From assembly GCA_017548825.1 (NCBI GenBank), contig JAFYZG010000165.1:1-60457 (forward strand): a DNA stretch of 60,457 nucleotides, given 5' to 3'. Position 1 is the first letter of the stretch, and every line of letters begins with the position of its first letter. This DNA is from Oscillospiraceae bacterium. GTDB lineage: Bacteria; Bacillota; Clostridia; Oscillospirales; Ruminococcaceae. This document shows, piece by piece, positions 18,075 through 26,621 of this stretch. The notes below the pieces were generated by a model, which worked only from the letters and a program-made list of their open reading frames with translations, was not told where the DNA came from and ran no database searches. Made by a program: the position numbers and the translations under genes.

Positions 18075-18146
18075 TGCCTATTGAGTCGCGGAACTATACT
18101 AAAAGTTGAACAGTGCAACAAATATACAAAAAGACATAAAATGGTG

Positions 18147-18174
18147 TTGCAATTTCAAAAAAAGATGGTAATAT
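18147..18174 (+). promoter_or_regulatory. Sigma-A promoter of the rimP-nusA-infB operon
   Basis: TTGCAA (18147-18152), 16 nt, TGgTAATAT (extended -10, hexamer 18169-18174). Confidence 0.6.
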
Positions 18175-18202
18175 ATCAGTGTTGAATGAATGTCAGTTCG
18201 GA

Positions 18203-18233
18203 AGAGTGGGGCGACCCGCTCTTTCGTTTGTAT
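18203..18233 (+). promoter_or_regulatory. Leader hairpin / weak intrinsic terminator upstream of rimP
   Basis: AGAGTGGG-GCGA-CCCGCTCT (GNRA tetraloop) followed by the interrupted U-tract TTCGTTTGTAT. It lies between the promoter and the rimP RBS. Confidence 0.45.
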
Positions 18234-18254
18234 AACAGAAAAAAGGAAATTCAT

Positions 18255-18728
18255 ATGGCAGAAAAGAAGAACATCGCCGAGAGGGTGATGGAGATCGCGG
18301 TGCCTGTCGCTCAGGAACTCGGGCTGTCCGTCTGGGACGTGTTCTACGGAAAAGAAGGACAGAACATGATAATGAGGATCACTATCGACAAGCCGGAAGG
18401 CATAGGGATCCAGGACTGCGAGAAGATGTCCAGAGCGGTCGATCCGATGATAGACGCGGAGAACCTCACAACGGCATCGTACAGTTTTGAAGTATCTTCC
18501 CCGGGACTCGGACGCAGGATACACACCGAGGAACAGTTCCGTCTGTGGACCGGCAAGCCTGTGCTGGTCAGACTGGTAAGGGAAGATGCGGATCACATCA
18601 GGGAATACCGCGGAGAACTGTCAGACAGCAGCCGTGAGCAGTTCTCGGTGATCACAGAGGACGGAACAAAGACTTTCAGCAAATCCGACGTCGCCTATGT
18701 AAAGGCGGACGACGACAACGATATTTAG
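18255..18728 (+). CDS. rimP: Ribosome maturation factor RimP
   Basis: Position upstream of nusA, plus RimP-like sequence (LGLSVWDVFYGKEGQNMIMRITIDKPEGI, FEVSSPGLGR). Confidence 0.9.
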   Translation: MAEKKNIAERVMEIAVPVAQELGLSVWDVFYGKEGQNMIMRITIDKPEGIGIQDCEKMSRAVDPMIDAENLTTASYSFEVSSPGLGRRIHTEEQFRLWTGKPVLVRLVREDADHIREYRGELSDSSREQFSVITEDGTKTFSKSDVAYVKADDDNDI

Positions 18729-18741
18729 GAGGGAACACCAG

Positions 18742-19800
18742 ATGGGTGCCAACAGTGAATTCTTTGAAGCTCTTGAGATGCTGTCAAAGGAAAGAGGAGT
18801 AACGAAAGAGAGCCTCATTGAAAAGATAAGAGCGGCGATCGTACATGCCGTCAGAAGAGATTACGGCGGAGAAGACAATATCTTCGTGGATATCAATCCT
18901 GACACGGAAGGTCTCAAGATCTATATCCGCAAGGATGTCGTGGAGGAAGTCGAGAATCCCAACACGCAGATGACTTTGGAAGAGGCCAAGACTTACCGCT
19001 CAAGAGCAAGGATCGGTTCGGTGATCGATGTTCCCGTTAAGGTCAAGAAGTTCGGAAGGATCGCTGCGGTCAACGCCAAGCACGTCATCCGCCAGGGAAT
19101 AAGAGACGCTGAGAGGAATCAGGTGTTCGAGGAGCTCCAGAGCAAAGAGGGAGAACTCGTCACCGCCGTAGTGAACAGGGTCGATCCCGTAAGGGGAAAT
19201 GCTGTCGTGCTTATCGGCAAGACGGAAGCTATCCTGCCCAAGAACGAACAGGTGCCCGATGAAGTCCTAATCGAGGGACAGCATATAAAGCTTTACGTAG
19301 TGGACGTTGAAGTGTCCGACCGCGGACCCAGAGTGCTCATCAGCCGCACACATCCCGGACTCGTCAAGAGACTGTTCGAGAACGAGGTCCCCGAGATATT
19401 CGACGGGACGGTGGAAGTAAAGGGCATTGCAAGAGAAGCGGGACAGCGCACGAAGATCGCTGTCTGGTCAAAGGACGAGAACGTCGATCCCCGCGGTGCC
19501 TGCATCGGACCTCGCGGAGCGCGTGTCGCCAATATTGTCGACGAGCTCGGCGGCGAGAAGATAGACGTCATCCTGTGGAGCGAAGATCCCACGAAGTTCA
19601 TCGCGGAGTCGCTCTCTCCGGCCAATGTCGTGAACGTTGAGATCACTGACAAGGAAGAGAAGATGTGCAGGGTCACGGTCCCTGATCATCAGCTCTCGCT
19701 GGCCATCGGAAACAGGGGACAGAACGCCAGACTGGCTGCAAAGCTCACCGGATACAAGATCGATATCCGTCCTGAGAGCGGATATTACGGAGAAGACTGA
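18742..19800 (+). CDS. nusA: Transcription termination/antitermination factor NusA
   Basis: N-terminal domain, S1 and two KH domains (AVWSKDENVDPRGACIGPRGARV, LAIGNRGQNARLAAKLTGYKIDI). It lacks C-terminal AR repeats, as in Firmicutes. Confidence 0.95.
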   Translation: MGANSEFFEALEMLSKERGVTKESLIEKIRAAIVHAVRRDYGGEDNIFVDINPDTEGLKIYIRKDVVEEVENPNTQMTLEEAKTYRSRARIGSVIDVPVKVKKFGRIAAVNAKHVIRQGIRDAERNQVFEELQSKEGELVTAVVNRVDPVRGNAVVLIGKTEAILPKNEQVPDEVLIEGQHIKLYVVDVEVSDRGPRVLISRTHPGLVKRLFENEVPEIFDGTVEVKGIAREAGQRTKIAVWSKDENVDPRGACIGPRGARVANIVDELGGEKIDVILWSEDPTKFIAESLSPANVVNVEITDKEEKMCRVTVPDHQLSLAIGNRGQNARLAAKLTGYKIDIRPESGYYGED

Positions 19801-19822
19801 TTAAGAGGTATAACAGCAACAG

Positions 19823-20098
19823 ATGCCGAAGAAGATCCCGCTTAGAATGTGCGTCGGATGCAGAGAACACAAACCGAAGAAGGAACTGATACGGATTGTC
19901 AAGTCTCCCGAAGGTGAGATCTCTGTCGATATCACAGGGAAAAAGTCCGGAAGAGGGGCATACATCTGCAGGGATGAGAACTGTCTGAGAAGAGCCCAGA
20001 AGACGAAACAGCTTGAGAGGGCGCTGGAATGCAACATGACCCAGGAGCTGTTCGACCGGCTTGCGGAAGAGATCCATCAGAGTGAAGATGAAGAATGA
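19823..20098 (+). CDS. ylxR: YlxR/RnpM family RNA-binding protein (DUF448)
   Basis: IPLRMCVGCREHKPKKELIRIV...GRGAYIC motif, in the conserved position after nusA. Confidence 0.9.
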   Translation: MPKKIPLRMCVGCREHKPKKELIRIVKSPEGEISVDITGKKSGRGAYICRDENCLRRAQKTKQLERALECNMTQELFDRLAEEIHQSEDEE

Positions 20099-20396
20099 AA
20101 AACTGCTCTCCGCCATCTCCATGGCCAGGGGAGCCGGAAAACTGAAGATAGGTTTCGACGCGGCAAAGAGCGCCGCATCAGCCGGTGCCCCGATCGTACT
20201 GATCGCGTCCGACATCTCCGACAGAATAAGACAGTCTGTGGAAAGATTCTGCGAGGGCAGCAGCGAACTCGTCTGTACAGATCTCACACAGGACGAGATC
20301 AGTGAGAAGTTCGGATGGAGATTCGGGGTGGCGGCAGTTACAGATCATAATTTTGCAAAACTGATTAATAAGGCGATCCAAGGGAGGATTAAATGA
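20088..20396 (+). CDS. ylxQ: L7Ae/YlxQ family ribosomal-protein-like RNA-binding protein
   Basis: Conserved position between ylxR and infB, with L7Ae-like MARGAGKLKIGFD...VLIASD. I choose the start at ATG 20088; the ORF opens at 20061. Confidence 0.8.
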   Translation: MKNEKLLSAISMARGAGKLKIGFDAAKSAASAGAPIVLIASDISDRIRQSVERFCEGSSELVCTDLTQDEISEKFGWRFGVAAVTDHNFAKLINKAIQGRIK

Positions 20397-22888
20397 TCAT
20401 TAAGTACAAACTCGGAGATCTGGCAAAAGACATGAATCTTCCGAACAAAGACGTCATCACGGTGCTTGAACCGCTTGAAGGACAGGCGAGAAAGCACACG
20501 ACGGTCCTGACGGAGGACGAGCTGGATTTCTTCTTCAACGCAATTACGCTGCAGCGTCAGGCCAAAGACCTGAATGCGTATTTTGCGAACGACGTGCTTC
20601 CTGAGGATAAGCCGAAGGAGAAGAAGCCCGCGGCAAAGAAAGATGCTCCGGCCAAGGAGAACTCGCAGAAGAAGACTGACGCCAAGCCTGCACAGAAGCA
20701 GCAGCCGCAGAAACAGCAGCAGCCGCAGAAGCAGCAGTCTCAGCCTGCTCAGAAGCAGAAGCAGCAGCCGCAGCGTCCCGCAGAGAAGAGAGACATAGAG
20801 AGATCCGCTCAGAAACAGCTCAGACGCGCGGAAGCGAGAGAGAACCAGGGCCAGGGCAAATCCAACATGGTGCAGGAGAGGGTCTCCCGTGTCGTGGATA
20901 CCAGAGCTTCGGAAGTCGACCTCAGCAAGTACAACGAGAAGTACGATGTCCTAGCCACCCAGAACGGAGCGGACAACAATAACAGAAGACGCAACCAGGG
21001 GAATATCCAGGGCAACAAGCAGAAATTCTCCAACCGTCAGAACAAGAACAGACAGCAGTACCAGAAGAGAGAGACGGAGGCCCAGAGGCTGCAGAGGCTG
21101 CAGCTTGAAAAAGCCCGCCACGCGCAGCTCAAGATCATGATCCCCGATGAGATCTCGGTCGGTGAACTTGCAACCCGCCTTAAGGCTCAGGCAACAGTCG
21201 TCATCAAGAAACTGATGTCCCTGGGCGTCATGGCTTCTGTTTCCGAACTGATCGATTTCGACACCGCTTCACTGGTAGCGGAAGAACTCGGAGCAAAAGT
21301 TGAGAGAGAAGTCCACGTGACCATCGAGGAGAGACTGAACATCGCCGGTGCGGACAGCGAAGAGGATCCGCCGGAAAGCCTCGTCAGCCGCGCTCCCGTG
21401 GTAGTTGTCATGGGACACGTTGACCACGGCAAGACATCGATCCTCGACTACATAAGAAAGAGTCATGTCCAGTCCGGAGAGGCCGGAGGAATCACTCAGC
21501 ACATAGGCGCTTATCAGGTGAAGCAGGGCGGCAAGGACATCACGTTCCTGGACACGCCCGGTCATGAGGCCTTCACTGCGATCAGGGCAAGAGGTGCATC
21601 CGTCACCGATATCGCTGTTCTTGTCATCGCCGCGGACGACGGCATCATGCCGCAGACCGTGGAGGCGATCAACCACGCAAAGGCAGCGAACGTACCGATA
21701 ATCGTGGCTCTCAACAAGATAGACAAACCCGAAGCAGATCCAGAGAGGGTCAAGGCGGCTCTGACAGAGTATGATCTGGTCCCGGAGGAATGGGGCGGAG
21801 ATGTCGTCTGTGTCAACGTATCCGCGAAAACAGGCGAAGGCATCGACGAACTGCTCGAGATGATAAACCTGGTGGCGGAGGTGCAGAACCTCAAGGCCAA
21901 CCCCGACAGACTTGCGCTCGGAACCGTTATCGAATCCAGACTGGACAGAGGCCGCGGTCCCGTTGCAACTATCCTCGTCCAGAAGGGAACGCTGCATAAC
22001 GGAGATGTCGTCATCGCGGGTACCGCGATCGGCCGTGTCCGTCAGATGACAGACGAGAACGGGCAGCTTATCGACAGCGCCGGACCTTCTGTCCCTGTCG
22101 AGATCACGGGTCTTGTCGAAGTGCCTCAGGCGGGAGACAGATTCAACGCGGTCAAAGACGAGAGACTTGCAAGGGAGCTCGTGGAAGAGAGAAGGACCGC
22201 ACAGCAGGAAGAGAAATACAAGAACTTCTCGAAAGTCACCCTCGACACACTGTTCAGCCATATCGAGGAAGGAGAAGTCAAGGAACTGCCTATCATCGTC
22301 AAGGCAGACGTCCAGGGATCCTGCGAAGCTCTCAGGCAGAGCCTCGAGAAACTTTCCAACGACGAAGTCAGAGTGCGTATCATCCATATGGGAGTCGGCG
22401 GCGTGAGCGCCAACGACATAATGCTGGCGGATGCGTCCGGAGCTATAGTCATCGGATTCAACGTCAGACCTGATGCCGCAGCTTCTTCCGAAGCTGAGGA
22501 GAAGGGCATAGAGATGCGCATGTACAGGATCATCTATGATGCCATCGACGATGTGGAGAAAGCGCTTAAGGGAATGCTCGCGCCTAAGATCCGCGAGGTC
22601 GATCTCGGATCCGCCGAAGTCCGTCAGGTCTACAAGATCAGCTCTGTCGGAACTATCGCGGGATGCTATGTCACAAAGGGCACCATCACAAGAAACAGCA
22701 TCATACGTGTCGTCCGCGACGGCATCATCATCTATGACGATGAGATCTCCTCGCTGAGAAGATTCAAGGATGACGTCAGGGAAGTGGCGCAGGGATACGA
22801 ATGCGGAATCTCTCTCGGAAAGTTCAATGACATAAAAGAGGGAGACGTTCTGGAAGCATACAGGAAAGAGGAGTACAGGGAGGAGTAA
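20393..22888 (+). CDS. infB: Translation initiation factor IF-2
   Basis: Low-complexity N-terminus, then the G domain (VVVMGHVDHGKTS, DTPGHEAF, NKID) and C-terminal domains. Its ATG overlaps the ylxQ stop (ATGA). Confidence 0.97.
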   Translation: MIIKYKLGDLAKDMNLPNKDVITVLEPLEGQARKHTTVLTEDELDFFFNAITLQRQAKDLNAYFANDVLPEDKPKEKKPAAKKDAPAKENSQKKTDAKPAQKQQPQKQQQPQKQQSQPAQKQKQQPQRPAEKRDIERSAQKQLRRAEARENQGQGKSNMVQERVSRVVDTRASEVDLSKYNEKYDVLATQNGADNNNRRRNQGNIQGNKQKFSNRQNKNRQQYQKRETEAQRLQRLQLEKARHAQLKIMIPDEISVGELATRLKAQATVVIKKLMSLGVMASVSELIDFDTASLVAEELGAKVEREVHVTIEERLNIAGADSEEDPPESLVSRAPVVVVMGHVDHGKTSILDYIRKSHVQSGEAGGITQHIGAYQVKQGGKDITFLDTPGHEAFTAIRARGASVTDIAVLVIAADDGIMPQTVEAINHAKAANVPIIVALNKIDKPEADPERVKAALTEYDLVPEEWGGDVVCVNVSAKTGEGIDELLEMINLVAEVQNLKANPDRLALGTVIESRLDRGRGPVATILVQKGTLHNGDVVIAGTAIGRVRQMTDENGQLIDSAGPSVPVEITGLVEVPQAGDRFNAVKDERLARELVEERRTAQQEEKYKNFSKVTLDTLFSHIEEGEVKELPIIVKADVQGSCEALRQSLEKLSNDEVRVRIIHMGVGGVSANDIMLADASGAIVIGFNVRPDAAASSEAEEKGIEMRMYRIIYDAIDDVEKALKGMLAPKIREVDLGSAEVRQVYKISSVGTIAGCYVTKGTITRNSIIRVVRDGIIIYDDEISSLRRFKDDVREVAQGYECGISLGKFNDIKEGDVLEAYRKEEYREE
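20686..20775 (+). repeat. CAG/CCG-rich low-complexity tract encoding (P)QKQQ repeats in the IF-2 N-terminal region
   Basis: cagaagcagcagccgcagaaacagcagcagccgcagaagcagcag... translates to KPAQKQQPQKQQQPQKQQSQPAQKQKQQPQ. Confidence 0.7.
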
Positions 22889-22889
22889 T

Positions 22890-23258
22890 ATGCCGTCTCA
22901 CAGAGCAGAAAGACTGAACTCCGACTTCAGACGCGAACTGGCGATGATAATCACCAGGATGAAAGACCCGAGGATCAGTCCTCTCCTTGAAGTAGTAAGA
23001 GTCAAGGTCACCAGTGACCTGTCATACGCAAAGGTATACATCGCCTCTGTCGGCGGCGGAGAAGAAGCCGCCGAGGCGTGCAAGGTCCTTCAGGGAGCGG
23101 AAGGTTTCCTGAAGACGGAGCTTGCGCATACCATGAAGAACATCAGAAAGATACCATCACTGCAGTTTGTGCCGGACGATTCGGTGGATTACTACAACCG
23201 CATCGACAGCATCCTGAAAGGACTTAACGCAGATGGAAACCCGGAAGATCAGTCCTGA
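22890..23258 (+). CDS. rbfA: Ribosome-binding factor A
   Basis: RAERLNSDFRRELAMII...VKVTSDLSYAKVY signature, in the conserved position after infB. Confidence 0.93.
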   Translation: MPSHRAERLNSDFRRELAMIITRMKDPRISPLLEVVRVKVTSDLSYAKVYIASVGGGEEAAEACKVLQGAEGFLKTELAHTMKNIRKIPSLQFVPDDSVDYYNRIDSILKGLNADGNPEDQS

Positions 23259-24192
23259 AGAGGCGGCCTCAAGGCTGCTGAAAGCAGACAATATCCTGAT
23301 ACTGACCCATAAGAATCCTGACGGAGACGCCATCGGGTCGGGCATCGCCATTGCGCTCGCGCTCAGGCAGAGAGGCAGGAAATGCCGCGTGGCCTGGAGC
23401 GGAGAACTGGCTTCATATTTCTCGCTGATCACCGAGGGATATGAAAATGACGATTTCGAGGAGCCCGGATTCATTCTCGCTGTGGACCTGGCAAACCCGA
23501 GGCTGCTGCCTGACGATACGCTCTGTTATGCGGATAAGGTGGATATGGTGATAGACCATCATGCCACCAGCGTTCCGTTCGCGGCCGAGACGCTGCTGGA
23601 AGCAGCGGCTTCCTGCTGCGCTGAGATAATCTACAAGGTCATCTTCGCCATGGGATGCGAGGTCACTGCCGAGATCGCCAACTGCATCTACGTGGGGCTT
23701 GCCACCGATACAGGCTGCTTCAGGTACAGCAACACGACGTCGGACAATCACATCCTCGCCGCCAGACTGGTATCGATGGGAGTCAATATAGCGAAGTTCA
23801 ACGAGGAGATCTTCGGACAGAAGTCCAGAGCCAGGGTCGAGATAGAAAGAAGAGCGCTGGCGGGCATGGAGTTCACGTCCGGCGGGAAGATCTGCATCAT
23901 CACGATAACCAGAAGCATGCTGGAAGAGACCAGATGCATAGAGAGCGATATCGAGGGAATAGCCACTATACCGAAGGCGATAGAGGGAGTGGAAGCCGGC
24001 ATCACGCTGCGCGAACAGGAGAACGGCAACTGGAAGATCTCCCTGAGGACCGCGACGCTGGATGCGGCGGAGATCTGCTCTGTCTTCGGAGGAGGCGGCC
24101 ACCTGAGGGCGGCCGGATGCGAGTGCTCCGGCACGCCGTTCGAGATCAAGGTCGCACTGGTGGCGGCTATCAATAAGAGACTTGGACTCTGA
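23233..24192 (+). CDS. nrnA: DHH family phosphoesterase (NrnA-like oligoribonuclease/pAp phosphatase)
   Basis: HKNPDGDAIGS, DHH (VIDHHATS) and GGGGH (FGGGGHLRAAG) motifs. It overlaps the rbfA 3' end by 26 nt. Confidence 0.85.
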   Translation: METRKISPEEAASRLLKADNILILTHKNPDGDAIGSGIAIALALRQRGRKCRVAWSGELASYFSLITEGYENDDFEEPGFILAVDLANPRLLPDDTLCYADKVDMVIDHHATSVPFAAETLLEAAASCCAEIIYKVIFAMGCEVTAEIANCIYVGLATDTGCFRYSNTTSDNHILAARLVSMGVNIAKFNEEIFGQKSRARVEIERRALAGMEFTSGGKICIITITRSMLEETRCIESDIEGIATIPKAIEGVEAGITLREQENGNWKISLRTATLDAAEICSVFGGGGHLRAAGCECSGTPFEIKVALVAAINKRLGL

Positions 24193-25079
24193 TGGACGGC
24201 ATTATTATCCTGGACAAACCGAAAGGAATAACCTCGTTTCAGGCTGCAAGGACAGTCAGCAGAGCGATGGGGAGGGAGAAGACGGGACACGCCGGAACTC
24301 TTGATCCCATGGCGACAGGGGTCCTTCCCGTTATGGTGGGAAGGGCCACGAAGCTTCTGCAGTTCCTCCCGGAGACGGAGAAAGAATATGAAGCAGAAGC
24401 GCTGTTTGGTATCCGCACGGACACTGCGGATGCGGACGGCGCTGTTCTTGAGAGCGGGGGAAGGATACCCTCTGAAGAAGAGTTCAGAGAGGCCCTCTCC
24501 GAAATGAAAGGGGCATATCTGCAGACGCCGCCGATGTACAGCGCAGTCAAAAAAGGAGGCGTTCCCCTTTATGAGCTGGCAAGAAAGGGGCAGACTGTCG
24601 ACAGGATCCCGAGAGAGGTCATCATATACGGCGCGGAGGTCGTATCATTCGCAGGAGACAAAGCGGTATTCCGCGTCTCGTGTTCTTCCGGCACGTATAT
24701 CCGGACGTTGGCGGAGGACGCCGCGGCACGGTGCGGGACTGTATGCCATCTTACGGCGCTTAGAAGGACTTCTGCCTGCGGGTTCGGCATCGAAAACGCA
24801 GTAACGGAAGAGGAACTGCTGATGGCAGCCGGAGAAGGAAGAGCGGAAGAGTTCCTTGTTTCTCCAGAAGAGCTGTTCAGGGATCTGCCTGAAGTCACGG
24901 TATCCGGAGACCTTGAGAGACTGTTCCTTAACGGTTTCGACTTCCCGGTATCCAGGACGGGATGTGTATATCCCGCAGGCACGCGGGTCAGGGTCGCGGA
25001 CCCGGAGGAAATGATCGGGCTGGCGGATGTCACCGGAGACGGGATGCTTCATAAACTGTGGCAGAGACAGACTGTTTGA
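24192..25079 (+). CDS. truB: tRNA pseudouridine(55) synthase TruB
   Basis: GIIILDKPKGITSF and GHAGTLDPMATGVLPV catalytic Asp motif. Confidence 0.95.
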   Translation: MDGIIILDKPKGITSFQAARTVSRAMGREKTGHAGTLDPMATGVLPVMVGRATKLLQFLPETEKEYEAEALFGIRTDTADADGAVLESGGRIPSEEEFREALSEMKGAYLQTPPMYSAVKKGGVPLYELARKGQTVDRIPREVIIYGAEVVSFAGDKAVFRVSCSSGTYIRTLAEDAAARCGTVCHLTALRRTSACGFGIENAVTEEELLMAAGEGRAEEFLVSPEELFRDLPEVTVSGDLERLFLNGFDFPVSRTGCVYPAGTRVRVADPEEMIGLADVTGDGMLHKLWQRQTV

Positions 25080-25095
25080 TTGAGGAGCTTTTAAG

Positions 25096-26022
25096 TTGAT
25101 CGAGACAGTGAAGATGGAGCCGCTGAATATAAAGACAGCGGTCGCGATCGGATATTTCGACGGGGTGCATACAGGTCACAGGATGATCCTGGACACCGCT
25201 GCAGCCTATGCGAAGCAGATGAGCCTTCATACAGCGGTGTTCACCTTCGACATGCCCGGCAGAAGAGCGGAAGGAAAAGGAAGCAGGGATCTGATCACAT
25301 CACAGGAGAAGAAGAGGCTCATATCCGAGGCAGGAGTGGAATACTTCGTATCCCCTCCTTTTGAGGATTTCTGCAGTCTGAGCGGCAGGGATTTCGTGGA
25401 CCGGGTCCTGAGCAGAAAGTGTCTCAATGCAGCTGTGGTCGTCTGCGGAGATGATTTCAGGTTCGGCAGGGACAGGGAATGCGGAGTCAGGGAACTGGCC
25501 AGGTTCTGCGGCCCTTACGGGATACAGGTCTTTGAGCAGGAAGCGCTGATCATGGACGGAGAGCGCGTGTCGTCCTCCAGGATAAAGGCCGAACTTCAGG
25601 AAGGAAACATACAGGAAGTAAACAGGCTGCTCGGATATACATACTCGGTATCCGGCAGAGTGATCCATAGGAACAACAAGGCCTGCGAGCTGGGATTTCC
25701 GACCGCGAACATACTGTTCCCGGCCGAATGTGTGCTCCCGAAGAAGGGAGTCTATATCTCGGATGTCGTTGTGAACGGTGAGCGTTACAGGGGCGTCACG
25801 AACATCGGAACCCGTCCGACTCTGACGGAGGATCAGCAGTCCGTAGTGGAGACGCATATCATCGGTTTCAGCGGAGATCTGTACGGTTCAGATATGACAG
25901 TCAGCCTGCTGAGATTCCTCAGACCGGAGAAGAAGTTCGGGACAGCCGGTGAACTTGCGGAAGCTGTACGTCTCAATATCGAGGATGCGAAAGCTTTTGA
26001 CGCAGACTCCCCGGAGAAGTGA
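25096..26022 (+). CDS. ribF: Bifunctional riboflavin kinase / FMN adenylyltransferase
   Basis: AIGYFDGVHTGH nucleotidyltransferase motif and a C-terminal riboflavin kinase (GFPTANI...THIIGFSGDLYG). The likely start is TTG at 25096, 8 nt after GAGGAG. Confidence 0.92.
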   Translation: MIETVKMEPLNIKTAVAIGYFDGVHTGHRMILDTAAAYAKQMSLHTAVFTFDMPGRRAEGKGSRDLITSQEKKRLISEAGVEYFVSPPFEDFCSLSGRDFVDRVLSRKCLNAAVVVCGDDFRFGRDRECGVRELARFCGPYGIQVFEQEALIMDGERVSSSRIKAELQEGNIQEVNRLLGYTYSVSGRVIHRNNKACELGFPTANILFPAECVLPKKGVYISDVVVNGERYRGVTNIGTRPTLTEDQQSVVETHIIGFSGDLYGSDMTVSLLRFLRPEKKFGTAGELAEAVRLNIEDAKAFDADSPEK

Positions 26023-26052
26023 AAATATGGCATTTTTACAGGGAAAATACTG

Positions 26053-26082
26053 TTGATATGCTTAAAAAGCATGTGATATAAT
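26053..26082 (+). promoter_or_regulatory. Sigma-A promoter of rpsO
   Basis: TTGATA (26053-26058), 18 nt, TATAAT (26077-26082). Confidence 0.6.
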
Positions 26083-26202
26083 AATCAACGCTCGTCAAAA
26101 AACGAGCGGATACCTTGACACGGAAGCATGGCGGATCCCCGATAGGGTTCTCCTGTTACCTGTTTCTGAGTCACGGCGTATGATAAAGAAAGGAGAATAA
26201 AA

Positions 26203-26463
26203 ATGCTGAAGGACAAGAAGGAAGTCATCGAGTTCGCACGCCTCACCGAATCGGATACCGGTTCTCCCGAGGTCCAGGTCGCGCTCCTGACCAACCGCAT
26301 CAACCATCTTAACGAGCACCTGAAGCAGCATCCGCAGGACAAGCACAGCTATCTCGGACTGCTCAAGATGGTAGGACGCCGCCGCAGGCTTCTCGCATAC
26401 CTGCAGAAGAAGGACGTTGAGCGTTACCGTGCAATCGTAGCGAAGCTCGGTCTTCGTAAATAA
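26203..26463 (+). CDS. rpsO: 30S ribosomal protein S15
   Basis: [46 protein letters not shown] is unmistakably S15. Confidence 0.97.
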   Translation: MLKDKKEVIEFARLTESDTGSPEVQVALLTNRINHLNEHLKQHPQDKHSYLGLLKMVGRRRRLLAYLQKKDVERYRAIVAKLGLRK

Positions 26464-26477
26464 GAAAGTACGAAAAA

Positions 26478-26510
26478 GGCAGACGCGCGCAATACGTGTC
26501 TGCCTTTACA
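26478..26510 (+). terminator. Intrinsic (probably partial) terminator between rpsO and pnp
   Basis: GGCAGAC(gcg)-loop-(cgt)GTCTGCC stem followed by TTTACAAAATT. Confidence 0.65.
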
Positions 26511-26621
26511 AAATTAAACAGTCTTGTATGGGTTTTGCAGTGACTCGAGCGCTTTTTCCCGAAAGAACGCCGGAGTCGTTGCGAAACCGTACGGGACGAA
26601 CAAGAAAACGGAGGTAGCAAC

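Noticed and set aside
21269-22387. 372-aa ORF antisense to infB
   Set aside because: The same in-phase antisense artefact (both congruent to 2 mod 3). The sequence is low-complexity, and infB is unambiguously the real gene.
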